Shown in pieces: positions 1-8,990 of a DNA stretch of 64,000 bases. Under the pieces are notes generated by a model. It was not told the DNA's origin, did no database searches, and was given only the letters and a program-made list of their open reading frames with translations. The stretch is from Rubripirellula sp. (lineage in GTDB: Bacteria > Planctomycetota > Planctomycetia > Pirellulales > Pirellulaceae). A program made the translations under genes and the position numbers. The stretch's first letter is position 1, and each line of letters begins with the position of its first letter. The stretch spans positions 12,961 to 76,960 of the forward strand of contig JBAUHR010001023.1 of the NCBI GenBank assembly GCA_049680385.1. The letters run 5' to 3'.

Positions 1-1
1 T

Positions 2-1015
2 TCCGGCATCATCGGCAATTCGCCGGCGATGCAGGATGTGTATCGAGTCACTCGGCGTGTCGCCGCTAGCAATGCGTCGGTTCTGATTTTGGGGGAAACC
101 GGCGTTGGAAAAGAACTGATTGCCAGCGCTATTCATCGCTTGTCTCGCCGAAGCGGCGGCCCATTTGTACGAGTCAACTGTGGTGCGCTGAGCGAGAGTT
201 TGTTGGAAAGCGAACTATTTGGCCATGTTCGTGGTGCCTTCACCGGCGCCGTTGCCAATCGGACGGGACGATTCGAAGCCGGTCACGGCGGCACCGTTTT
301 TCTTGACGAAATCAACAGCACGTCGCTGACCTTGCAAGTGAAGCTGTTGCGGGTGCTGCAGGAAAAGGAATTCGAGCGGGTCGGCGATACCAATACGCTC
401 CGCACCGACGCGAGAATCGTTGCTGCGAGCAACCGCGACCTGATGAAAGAAGTCCGGGCCGAACGTTTTCGCGAGGACTTGTACTGGCGTTTGAATGTCG
501 TTCCGATCGAGATTCCGCCTCTGCGTCGACGCCGCGACGACATTCCAGCATTGGTGTCGTTTTTTCTAGAGCACTACAACGAAGTCAACGATCGTTACGT
601 CGTTCACATGGGGCCTGGGGTGATCGAAGCGATGCAGGATTATCATTGGCCAGGAAACGTTCGTGAGTTGCAAAACTATATCGAGCGAGCGGTCGTGATG
701 GCCGAAACCGACGAGTTGACGGTTGATGTTTTGCCGGCCTGTGTGACTGGCCGAGAAGTACCTTCGGACGATCTGCCGCTGGAGGGTGATTTTGAATCGA
801 TGGCAAAGGGCCTAGTGACGCAGGGAATTAGCGAAGCTGGATCGATGGCCGATAACGTTCACTCCACGATCGTCGAGCAAATCGAACGTGAGGTCATCGC
901 ACAGGTCTTGAACGCTTGTGGCGGTGTTCAAACGAAGGCCGCGTCGCGTTTGGGAATCAACCGCAACACGCTACACAAAAAGATCAAAGACTACGGTCTT
1001 GGCGGCGAAGAATAG
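2..1015 (+). CDS. Sigma-54-dependent transcriptional activator (bEBP AAA+ domain + C-terminal Fis HTH), possibly 5'-truncated by the window edge
   Basis: Walker [15 protein letters not shown], Walker [35 protein letters not shown]. The frame is open from base 2 ([10 protein letters not shown]), so the true start may lie upstream of the listed ATG at 29. Confidence 0.93.
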   Translation, partial: SGIIGNSPAMQDVYRVTRRVAASNASVLILGETGVGKELIASAIHRLSRRSGGPFVRVNCGALSESLLESELFGHVRGAFTGAVANRTGRFEAGHGGTVFLDEINSTSLTLQVKLLRVLQEKEFERVGDTNTLRTDARIVAASNRDLMKEVRAERFREDLYWRLNVVPIEIPPLRRRRDDIPALVSFFLEHYNEVNDRYVVHMGPGVIEAMQDYHWPGNVRELQNYIERAVVMAETDELTVDVLPACVTGREVPSDDLPLEGDFESMAKGLVTQGISEAGSMADNVHSTIVEQIEREVIAQVLNACGGVQTKAASRLGINRNTLHKKIKDYGLGGEE

Positions 1016-1064
1016 TTTTCGATGACCACTACCGATCAATCGCAAACGCGTTGTCGCGGACTGT

Positions 1065-2435
1065 TCAGCGTCTATCGTTTTCGGCCGGATCAAAAGTGGT
1101 TTCGTTCGGCCGGACCAGCAACGTCGACTGTCCAATCGCGATCCCCAGCATCGTAAAGAACAGAATCGATTCGGGGCGAATCGGCCCCAGGAACGCGTCG
1201 CCCAGTTGGGACCATCCGAGGAACCAGATCGTGATCGTGACCACCATCACTGCGATTTGCTGCTGGAACAGATTGCCATGTCGAAGCGACAGCGAAACGC
1301 CAAACGCTTGAACCAGTGCAAACGCAAGCATCAAGAAACCGATCGCACCGGTCGACGCCAAAATCTGTAACGCCAAATTGTGAGCGGTGTAGTTGTGGGT
1401 TTCGTTCCAGACGTGCAGCTTGCCTGTTTCGCTGGTCACGAAATAGCCGTGGCCGATAAGCATTGATTTCTTGTATTCGGCCCACACCGCTTCCCACAAT
1501 TCGCCTCGCCCCGATCCTGCTTTTAATTGTTCGCTCGATTGACCACGCGCGACAAATTGCGTTCCCGCATCAGCGGTCGATGATACAAGTGCAAAACCGG
1601 GATCAAAAAGCAATAGCGCAAACGCCAGCATCGCGCCGCTGAAAATCGCAGTCGCCCTTTGTCGATTGCTGCTGTACCAGAACAGGATGGCGCCGATCGT
1701 GACCACGCCCATCGCCAATGCCGTTCGGCTGTTCGACAGCACCAGTACCGCGCCGTGAATGATCAAGCTGGGGGCGATCAGTTTTCCGGCCCACGGAAAT
1801 CGACCAACCCAGTGGCAAAGCACTGGCAGCAACAAGCCTAGCGACGCGGTAGCCCCGGCTGCGGTCGGGTGAATCAGCCCATCCCCACCGCTGTGAATTC
1901 GCCCGCGATCAAGTCCTGATATCTCGGGATTGATCAGGTACGCGACGAAAACGACGGTACTGGAAACCAAGAACATCCAATTCAAATGCTGCAGAAACTG
2001 TTTCGCACGGTTCGCGTCGGCGCTAAGGAACGCGACGATCGTGGCGAACAACAGCATCGCCATCAAGCCGCCTGATTGGGCGATGGTCACTGACTTTAGC
2101 GGTGACCACAGCACGCTGATCAGCGTCCATGCCAAGAACACATAAAACGGAGCGAGCGGGTCAAAGACTCGTTTGAGTATCCGGCTCGACCAGACGTTGG
2201 CAATCGCGACGACACCACCGCCGCAGGCAATCGCTAGAACAACCAACTTTGCTAGGTCGAGTGGTTGCCATGACTCGGTGTAAGTCGTCGAGGGCATGGT
2301 GTAAACCATGATCGAAAGCGACCACAGCGAAAACTTTGCAAACGTGTCAAGCCAGTGAACTTTCCGTGGCTCGATGTTTGTTGTCGATTCGCTTGCAGGA
2401 TTCATAAAAGCCGGCGATGAGTGAAGGGTCGACAT
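1065..2435 (-). CDS. O-antigen ligase / Wzy-like polysaccharide polymerase family membrane protein
   Basis: Many TM segments; SNSRTA, SGRGELW, IGHGY and AHNLALQILASTGAIG motifs typical of the Wzy_C/WaaL family; adjacent to a chain-length determinant gene. Confidence 0.85.
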   Translation of the reverse strand: MSTLHSSPAFMNPASESTTNIEPRKVHWLDTFAKFSLWSLSIMVYTMPSTTYTESWQPLDLAKLVVLAIACGGGVVAIANVWSSRILKRVFDPLAPFYVFLAWTLISVLWSPLKSVTIAQSGGLMAMLLFATIVAFLSADANRAKQFLQHLNWMFLVSSTVVFVAYLINPEISGLDRGRIHSGGDGLIHPTAAGATASLGLLLPVLCHWVGRFPWAGKLIAPSLIIHGAVLVLSNSRTALAMGVVTIGAILFWYSSNRQRATAIFSGAMLAFALLLFDPGFALVSSTADAGTQFVARGQSSEQLKAGSGRGELWEAVWAEYKKSMLIGHGYFVTSETGKLHVWNETHNYTAHNLALQILASTGAIGFLMLAFALVQAFGVSLSLRHGNLFQQQIAVMVVTITIWFLGWSQLGDAFLGPIRPESILFFTMLGIAIGQSTLLVRPNETTFDPAENDRR

Positions 2436-2444
2436 CGCGGTGAA

Positions 2445-4088
2445 TCAGTTCTTGGTAGCCGTCGTGACTTCACTTGTGCCAACTGGTTTGCCCGACATTC
2501 CGTGGTTCGACTTGGGCATGTCGGTTTCATAGTGTGGTGAACCGACGGACGAGTCCTTTTCGCTCGAGTCGCCTCGTTGTTCGAATTTCCAGTCGCGGTG
2601 GTTGGCTCGAGTGGCTGCCATTTCGCGTTGTCTCGACCCACGGATTTCTAGCAGTACCGGTAAACTGATCGCGGCGGCACAAGCAGCTAGGAATCCGGCA
2701 ATTGCACACAGTCCCTTGTTCGGAGTAACGGGGCGTTCTTCGAGTGAGGCCGTTTGCACGACGTTGACACTGGTAAATTGTTGATCGGCGAGGACCTCGT
2801 CTAGCCGTGCTTGTTCGAGCTTTTCACTGTGACGTGCGTACCGGTCTTCCAGCAGTTTGACTTCGTTTGAGATCGTCGCGATGCTCTGTTCGTTCCGGTT
2901 AAGTTCAGCAAGTTCGGATTCGATTGCCGTCTTCTTTTGAAGCAATGATTTTTGCTTTTCGGTTGCCCCGGCCAGTGTGGCTTCGTCAAGCATTCGGTAC
3001 TCGACCAATTGTTGATAGGCCGGATTGACCGATCGGGTGACTTCGACACGCTCGTTGTCTTGTCCGTCGACAATTTTTGCGGCTTCTTCGAGTTGGCGTT
3101 CGATGGCGACAAGTTTGGGGTGTCCGGCGTTGTACTTGCTAAGCAGGTCTTTCTGTTGGACTTCTAGGTCAAACAACTGAGTCCGCATCATCGCACGGCC
3201 TTCGTCGGCGATGCCGGTGACCTCTTCGGTGATGGTTTCATCAAACCCGGTTAGCATTTTGTCATAGGATTGCAATCGCGAACCCAACGAAGCGATCTCG
3301 GAATCGGTTTCGATCAAACTGTCACGTACCTTTGACAGTTGCGCTTCGATTAGTCTTTGCTGTCCGTCGATTGTGACCAACTTGGATTCGTTTTTGATCC
3401 GAAACAATTCGGCTCGTGCTTGGCTTAGTTGATCGCGAAGCGCGGTGCCCTGTTCGGTAAAGAATGCGAACGTGCCGGGGGTGCGATTGACCTTGGCGTG
3501 TTGTTCGATGTAGCTGTCGACCCAAGCGGCGACGACGGCTTGAGCGACGTCGGGCGAATTCGTTTTGTAGCCAATCGACACGACGCTCGATTCGCTGGCG
3601 GCATAGATCCCGATCCCTTTAGCAAGTGATGTCAACGCAATTTCGCGAGACGTGACCGGGTCGATTGATGAAACTTTGCCTTTCGCTTTGGCGATGTTCT
3701 CGGCCAGCCATTTGGGAACGATTGATTCACTCTCGTCGCCGGAATCGTCGTCTTCGGCTTGCTTGACGCCTTCGATTACGACGTCGACGCCGATTCGATC
3801 GACGACTCGTTCTAGGATCTCGCGACTGTGCATGACGCCGATCGCCGACTGTATTTCGTTGTCACGGGTTTGTTGCAAACTGATCGTTTCGCCAACCGAG
3901 TTTGCCGTCGGGTCCAAGCTGACGCTTTCACGTCCGATCCTTAGCAGCAACTTGGCTTCGGAGTGGTAAGCGCGAGGTGCAAACAGAATCACCATGACGG
4001 TGACCGACATGACAGTCACAAAAACAAGAAACGCCAGGAGCCAATGACGCTTGATGGCGTAGGTCCATTGTTCGAGAGAATTCGGCAT
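2445..4088 (-). CDS. Polysaccharide co-polymerase / chain-length determinant (GumC/Wzz-like, no fused kinase domain)
   Basis: N-terminal TM followed by PRAYHSEAKLL, long coiled coil with KYNAGHP, NVVQTASLEERPVTP then a second TM. Start placed at MPNSLEQW (4088); the ORF track extends to 4157. Confidence 0.85.
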   Translation of the reverse strand: MPNSLEQWTYAIKRHWLLAFLVFVTVMSVTVMVILFAPRAYHSEAKLLLRIGRESVSLDPTANSVGETISLQQTRDNEIQSAIGVMHSREILERVVDRIGVDVVIEGVKQAEDDDSGDESESIVPKWLAENIAKAKGKVSSIDPVTSREIALTSLAKGIGIYAASESSVVSIGYKTNSPDVAQAVVAAWVDSYIEQHAKVNRTPGTFAFFTEQGTALRDQLSQARAELFRIKNESKLVTIDGQQRLIEAQLSKVRDSLIETDSEIASLGSRLQSYDKMLTGFDETITEEVTGIADEGRAMMRTQLFDLEVQQKDLLSKYNAGHPKLVAIERQLEEAAKIVDGQDNERVEVTRSVNPAYQQLVEYRMLDEATLAGATEKQKSLLQKKTAIESELAELNRNEQSIATISNEVKLLEDRYARHSEKLEQARLDEVLADQQFTSVNVVQTASLEERPVTPNKGLCAIAGFLAACAAAISLPVLLEIRGSRQREMAATRANHRDWKFEQRGDSSEKDSSVGSPHYETDMPKSNHGMSGKPVGTSEVTTATKN

Positions 4089-4343
4089 TGGATCGGGCGG
4101 TTGTGGAGAAAGGGAGGACGCATCTTTTGTCGCAAACCGGCGACACACGCTTCCCACTTTAACCGCCCGATAAATAGATAAAACCTACCAATTCGGCATT
4201 CTCAGCCATTCCTACCACCAATGGGGCCCCTACAAGCCGGATGATCCGGACAACCCGAACTTGGGCGGTATCCCCTTGTCAGAGAAAAGCTGCGATTGGA
4301 CCATTGCGAGTTTCGATGCGAAAAAACACGTTGTCAGAAAATT

Positions 4344-5681
4344 CTAGATTCGATCGTGCAGCAAAAAGCCGATGATCGCACCTGCCAGCAGGCTGATGGG
4401 GATCGCGATGGCGAGGGCGATCGCGATTGGCAAAAGGTGGCTGCGTCGCCGCATCGGAGTTGATTCAAGTTCGAACCCCAACGGCAACGATCCACCGGAC
4501 GTTTGCGAATGCACGGCCGAGTCGAGTTCTCCGATCGATGCCGCGCTGCCGGACAGTTGAGGTGTCTCGGGAAGTTCGCGGATTTGTGATGGTTCGTGAG
4601 GCGGTGGTGGTGGTGTCCACTGTCGATGGTCGTCGCTTGATGCCAGTGAACCGTGGTTGACCGCTGATGCGGCGCTGGCCCACGGTTCTAGTCGTTCGGC
4701 GACCTCGGCTGCCGACTGGATGCGGCGCATGGGGTCTTTTTCCATCATGTCGGCGATCGTGTCGACAAAATCTTCCGACAAATCCGGCGTCAAGTTGCGA
4801 GGATGCCAGGGAGTTTCTTCACAGTGCCGGCGGCACTTTGAACGCGAGTCACCGCCCGGAAAAGGAACCTTGCCCGTGACCGTGTAATACAGCGTACAGC
4901 CGAGTGCGTAGATATCCGAAAGCGGGCCGACCGTCATCGGGTCTCGGATCTGTTCGGGTGACAAATAGTCAGCGGTGCCGACAATCTTTCCAGCTCGCGG
5001 ATCGTCCTGCAGTCCCATGCTCCAGGCGGCCAAGCCGATGTCCGATAGTTTGGCGTGGCCGTCGGGCGTGACCAGGATATTGCCCGGTTTGATGTCGCGG
5101 TGAATCAGGCCAACGTCGTGGGCATACTGCAGTCCCATCGCCACCTGTGAAATGATCAACGCCGCTTCGCCCATCGATAACGGGCCTTGGCTGCGAACCA
5201 GGCGTCGCAGGTCAGTGCCCGGTACGTACTCCGTGACTAGGTAGTGGACTTTCCCGTCCTGGCCGGCATCGAAAGCGCGGACCACGTAGGGGCTGTCGAG
5301 TCCCGCCTGGACTCGGATTTCGCGGCGGAAACTGTCTCGAGATTCGCGAGTCGATTTTTCGCGAGGAAGCACCTTCACGGCGCACTCGCGGCCCATCACC
5401 TGATGAACCGCTTTGAACACTCGCCCCATTCCACCCTGGCCGATGAAGTCGGTGATTAGGTACGGACCGAGTGTCAGCTTGGTGCGTCCATCACGGAGTT
5501 GATTGGCTTGATACTGAGTCACGATGCCGCTGCGGACCAGGGCCTCGGCAACCGCCTCGGGTTCGCGAGTGCCGGCAATTTCAACCGCGCGAGCGAATTT
5601 CGAAACGCTGACCAGTCCGCTGCGAATGGCGGCTTCTTCGAAAGTCGGTGGTGTGGGCGCGGTGTCGATGGTGGTCGTCAC
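4344..5681 (-). CDS. Hanks-type Ser/Thr protein kinase with C-terminal membrane anchor
   Basis: IGQGGMGRVF, AVK, HRDIKPGN, DIGLA, GTADYLSPEQ, SDIYALG; Pro-rich linker; terminal hydrophobic helix. Confidence 0.93.
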   Translation of the reverse strand: MTTTIDTAPTPPTFEEAAIRSGLVSVSKFARAVEIAGTREPEAVAEALVRSGIVTQYQANQLRDGRTKLTLGPYLITDFIGQGGMGRVFKAVHQVMGRECAVKVLPREKSTRESRDSFRREIRVQAGLDSPYVVRAFDAGQDGKVHYLVTEYVPGTDLRRLVRSQGPLSMGEAALIISQVAMGLQYAHDVGLIHRDIKPGNILVTPDGHAKLSDIGLAAWSMGLQDDPRAGKIVGTADYLSPEQIRDPMTVGPLSDIYALGCTLYYTVTGKVPFPGGDSRSKCRRHCEETPWHPRNLTPDLSEDFVDTIADMMEKDPMRRIQSAAEVAERLEPWASAASAVNHGSLASSDDHRQWTPPPPPHEPSQIRELPETPQLSGSAASIGELDSAVHSQTSGGSLPLGFELESTPMRRRSHLLPIAIALAIAIPISLLAGAIIGFLLHDRI

Positions 5682-5702
5682 TTTTAAGCTATGACTTCTA
5701 AG

Positions 5703-8603
5703 CTATGAATCAAAAACGACTAATAGGTCGGCAAACGCGTGCGAGGCAAGTGAAAGGGTGACCTGGTCTTCCTTGCTTTTTAACCGATTGGCGGCGTCTT
5801 CGCTTGGCTGATCAAGGTTGCGGAAATCGCTTTCACTTTCGCTGCCGGCCAGAACAGCAAACCGCACATCACGAAAGAATCGCAAAGTCGCCTTGCAAGC
5901 CTTTGGGCGAGTCTGGATCACTCGTATCATCGCGGCAAGTTTGCCGTCGGATCGGCGAAAGACATCCATCGAGCTAATTGATAAGTCTTTCGGCGCACTG
6001 TGAACCATCCAGCCGATATCGGGCGTATTCTCTGACGCATCCACTTGTACTTCGATCGGTCCCGCAATCATCGACTTGGCGATGGCGATTGGATTGGAAA
6101 CATCGAATCCATAGTGCAACGTGAACGCGGGTTGCGTTTCCCCTTGCACGCTTAAAATCGTGTCAAAGAAACGCTGGTCGACTTTGCGATGAAATGCTAG
6201 ACCAGCCGATCCGATCGTTGTTTGGCGATCCACTTCGTCGACTAACAACCCGAGTGGCGATACGAGTCGTCGTCCGCCGCCGCGGTGTACTTTGTCTCGC
6301 AGCAAAACGCGACAGGTCGATGCATCGGAGGCCACGGCAACACGGGCGGCTAAGTAGCTGGTCCAAGGATCGTCGGCGAAATCAGTTTCCGGAGTGATGT
6401 CGCCGCTGACCCTGATGACTCGGCTGCCACGCTGCAGCGTGTACGTGACCGCGAACTTCGCCAGAACTTTGTCTTGGTCGTTCGTGATTCGTCCGGTCGC
6501 TTCGATCACACCTTTTGCAAGTGTCGACTCGGTGACACGCAGTTTGTCGCACTTCATCTGCGTTTCGGTTTTTTCGGATTGCCCGGCAAGGCCGACCGCA
6601 ACCAATCGCATCGAGAACCGATTGCCTCGCGTGACGCCGCTGTAGACGCCGGAAATGCCGCCCGATTCGGGGTGGATCGTGGCTTCTAAGAATTCGTTTT
6701 GCAGCCGACCGCCTTGGGCCGAAGACGTCATCGCAATCGATGTTGGATTGCCCAGCCATTTGTTGCGCATCCAGGTCCGCACCGATGTCATGCCGCTGCG
6801 GTCACCCTTTCCGGTTCCACTGCGCAAAGTGACGAAGCCACAAGCTGGGATGTCTACGGTTGATCCGGTGCCGCCGGAAACGGGCGAACTGGCGTAGACA
6901 TGTTTGCCGCGTTTGGGCGTAAATGGCAGCACGACATCATCGCGAACGCCAATCGAATGAGGGTTAACCAGCAGTCGTGACTTGCCCTCGTTGCTGGCCA
7001 TCGCACCGATTGCTTCGGCGAACTGCTGGGGCGAATTGACCAGGGATACTCCGTCCGGTTTGCCCGTCGCCAAAGCCGTCATCCCAGCCAGCATGGAATC
7101 GCGTTCCGCATGAATGCCATCGCGAAAAGCCGACGCGATCGTGGACAGCGGATTAGCCGTTTTCGATTCAACTTGATTGGTCAACAACTGAGCCGAGTCG
7201 GGCGACGCTGCCGAAGCGCCGCCGTGATGGTAGGGATGTTCGCCATCAGTAAAGTACTGGTCGATGCGCCAGAAACGCCCAAGTGCAACGCACCAAGATC
7301 CGACTCGCCGCAAGTCGTTGAAACTGTCACAGCCCTGTCCGGGCCAATGCGCTAACAACGCAGTCGCAACTTCGCCGCTGTCGATCGCCTCGCCTAGCTT
7401 GGCGCCGATCGCCAGAAAGGCGGCGTCGCTGTTCGCATCGATCGGTTTAGCCGTCAGAGCTTCAATTTCTGCGCCACCGGACTGCAGGATCACTTTGGCT
7501 TCGTCACCGAAACCGCTGCCGCCAGCAAAATCGATCGGAATCATACCTTGGTATCCCAAGCCAATGATCGTCTTGGTCATATCCGATGGCGTTGATCCAT
7601 GTATCCGTCCGTACACTGCCGGCGGCGTGCCGATGTGGCGGGTCACGTCCCGGTGGGCGTCCTGAAACGCCGATTGGGCTTGGACCAGCGTCATCGCATC
7701 GAGGTGTTGGTTCGGATCCGGACCGCCCCCGGCCCAGCCGATCGAACGGTTTTTTAGGTGGTCAACAAATTCCTTCGCGGATGGCTGGGAACTGGATTGG
7801 GCCAGTTCGGCTAAGCCGCAAGCGGCGCTCGAATCGATCAGCACGCTGGTTGGCGTCGCCAGACGGGGCGAGTCTTTGCGGACTTGATCGCTGAACCGAT
7901 GGGGGGCGTCGGACCAGGAATTGACCAGTTTTTCGACCGTTGACGCCGTTACCAGCGTCAAGTCGATCAGGTGAGGGTCAGACGTGAAGTAATGATCGCG
8001 TTCCTCGGCCAGGGAATCAAAGACTTCGTGAAGGGCCGCAATGGCTGCGGACGCATCGCCATCCAAGAACGCTTTTGCAGCCGTCACGATTCGCGTTTGC
8101 AGGAAGATCTCGTCCAAATTGCTGGTGTACCGCAGTCGGCGAGTCATCACCTGGATTTGCAGGGCCGCGTATCCCGCCGCATAGAAGTCGGCGACGCCGA
8201 CGCGGCGCACCAGGCCCGCCGAATCGTCCGAATTGCTTGTGTTTTCCAGCGTTTCCGTCAATTCGTCGCACGGCGAAAGCCCCATCGCCGCGACCATTTC
8301 GTCGCGAGAATTCCCGGTAATCCACTGGCAATCAGCGTTGTTTTTTGCGCGAGCCTCGTAGCCATCCGGCAATTTCGCCAGGCTGGGCAGCGGCGCGATC
8401 ATGATTCGATTGCCAGTCGGTTCGGGCGGCGCATCAGCGCGATACCAGGCCGGCGTTTGCTCGCTTTGGGCCAATAGTCGCGGATGCCATAACGCCGTCC
8501 AACCGCCCAGCAGGCTACGTGCGTCGTCATCCGACAACTTGGCGGGGAAGTCTTCCAGCGTCGAAGCCGGGATCAGAACGCAACACTCGTCAAAGACTGG
8601 CAT
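5703..8603 (-). CDS. Large hypothetical protein, possibly a degenerate glycoside hydrolase 38 (alpha-mannosidase)-like architecture
   Basis: 966-aa ORF 21 nt upstream of the kinase. LVNPHS, VDIPACGF and LQNEFLEATIHPESGGISGV resemble GH38 C-terminal beta-domains; no catalytic motifs recognised. Confidence 0.55.
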   Translation of the reverse strand: MPVFDECCVLIPASTLEDFPAKLSDDDARSLLGGWTALWHPRLLAQSEQTPAWYRADAPPEPTGNRIMIAPLPSLAKLPDGYEARAKNNADCQWITGNSRDEMVAAMGLSPCDELTETLENTSNSDDSAGLVRRVGVADFYAAGYAALQIQVMTRRLRYTSNLDEIFLQTRIVTAAKAFLDGDASAAIAALHEVFDSLAEERDHYFTSDPHLIDLTLVTASTVEKLVNSWSDAPHRFSDQVRKDSPRLATPTSVLIDSSAACGLAELAQSSSQPSAKEFVDHLKNRSIGWAGGGPDPNQHLDAMTLVQAQSAFQDAHRDVTRHIGTPPAVYGRIHGSTPSDMTKTIIGLGYQGMIPIDFAGGSGFGDEAKVILQSGGAEIEALTAKPIDANSDAAFLAIGAKLGEAIDSGEVATALLAHWPGQGCDSFNDLRRVGSWCVALGRFWRIDQYFTDGEHPYHHGGASAASPDSAQLLTNQVESKTANPLSTIASAFRDGIHAERDSMLAGMTALATGKPDGVSLVNSPQQFAEAIGAMASNEGKSRLLVNPHSIGVRDDVVLPFTPKRGKHVYASSPVSGGTGSTVDIPACGFVTLRSGTGKGDRSGMTSVRTWMRNKWLGNPTSIAMTSSAQGGRLQNEFLEATIHPESGGISGVYSGVTRGNRFSMRLVAVGLAGQSEKTETQMKCDKLRVTESTLAKGVIEATGRITNDQDKVLAKFAVTYTLQRGSRVIRVSGDITPETDFADDPWTSYLAARVAVASDASTCRVLLRDKVHRGGGRRLVSPLGLLVDEVDRQTTIGSAGLAFHRKVDQRFFDTILSVQGETQPAFTLHYGFDVSNPIAIAKSMIAGPIEVQVDASENTPDIGWMVHSAPKDLSISSMDVFRRSDGKLAAMIRVIQTRPKACKATLRFFRDVRFAVLAGSESESDFRNLDQPSEDAANRLKSKEDQVTLSLASHAFADLLVVFDS

Positions 8604-8990
8604 ATCGGAGTAATAAAGTTTGACTTGGGGTTCAATGAATCAATAGAATAGAGATAGGGCCGCTGTCAGCACCATCATCTTCATCGCTGCCTAGTGGCAA
8701 CTTTGCACAGCAACTTATCGCACTTATCCAAAATCATTCCGTTGATTCGTTACAGTCGGCCGATCAGACGGCGAGTTTCGGTCAGCAATTCGATCTTCTC
8801 GCACTTTTGACCGCAATTCGCATTAAACTGGCGAACTGTCTGCGGATTGTACCGATCGACGCGCTGCTTGAACCGGCCTAGCGACTAGCCTAGTCGGTTT
8901 CTGAGCAGAAATGAGCTTCGGATACGATGAGAGACCTCTGCGACAGAACCTGACCCCCCCACCCATTTTCCAACACACCAAGCAACCATC

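Noticed and set aside
8828..8844. GG-N10-GC site (CTGGCGAACTGTCTGCG) upstream of pilM, and a similar one near 21506-21521 upstream of the pilin operon
   Set aside because: Weak match to the sigma-54 consensus; such spacing arises often by chance in GC-rich DNA.
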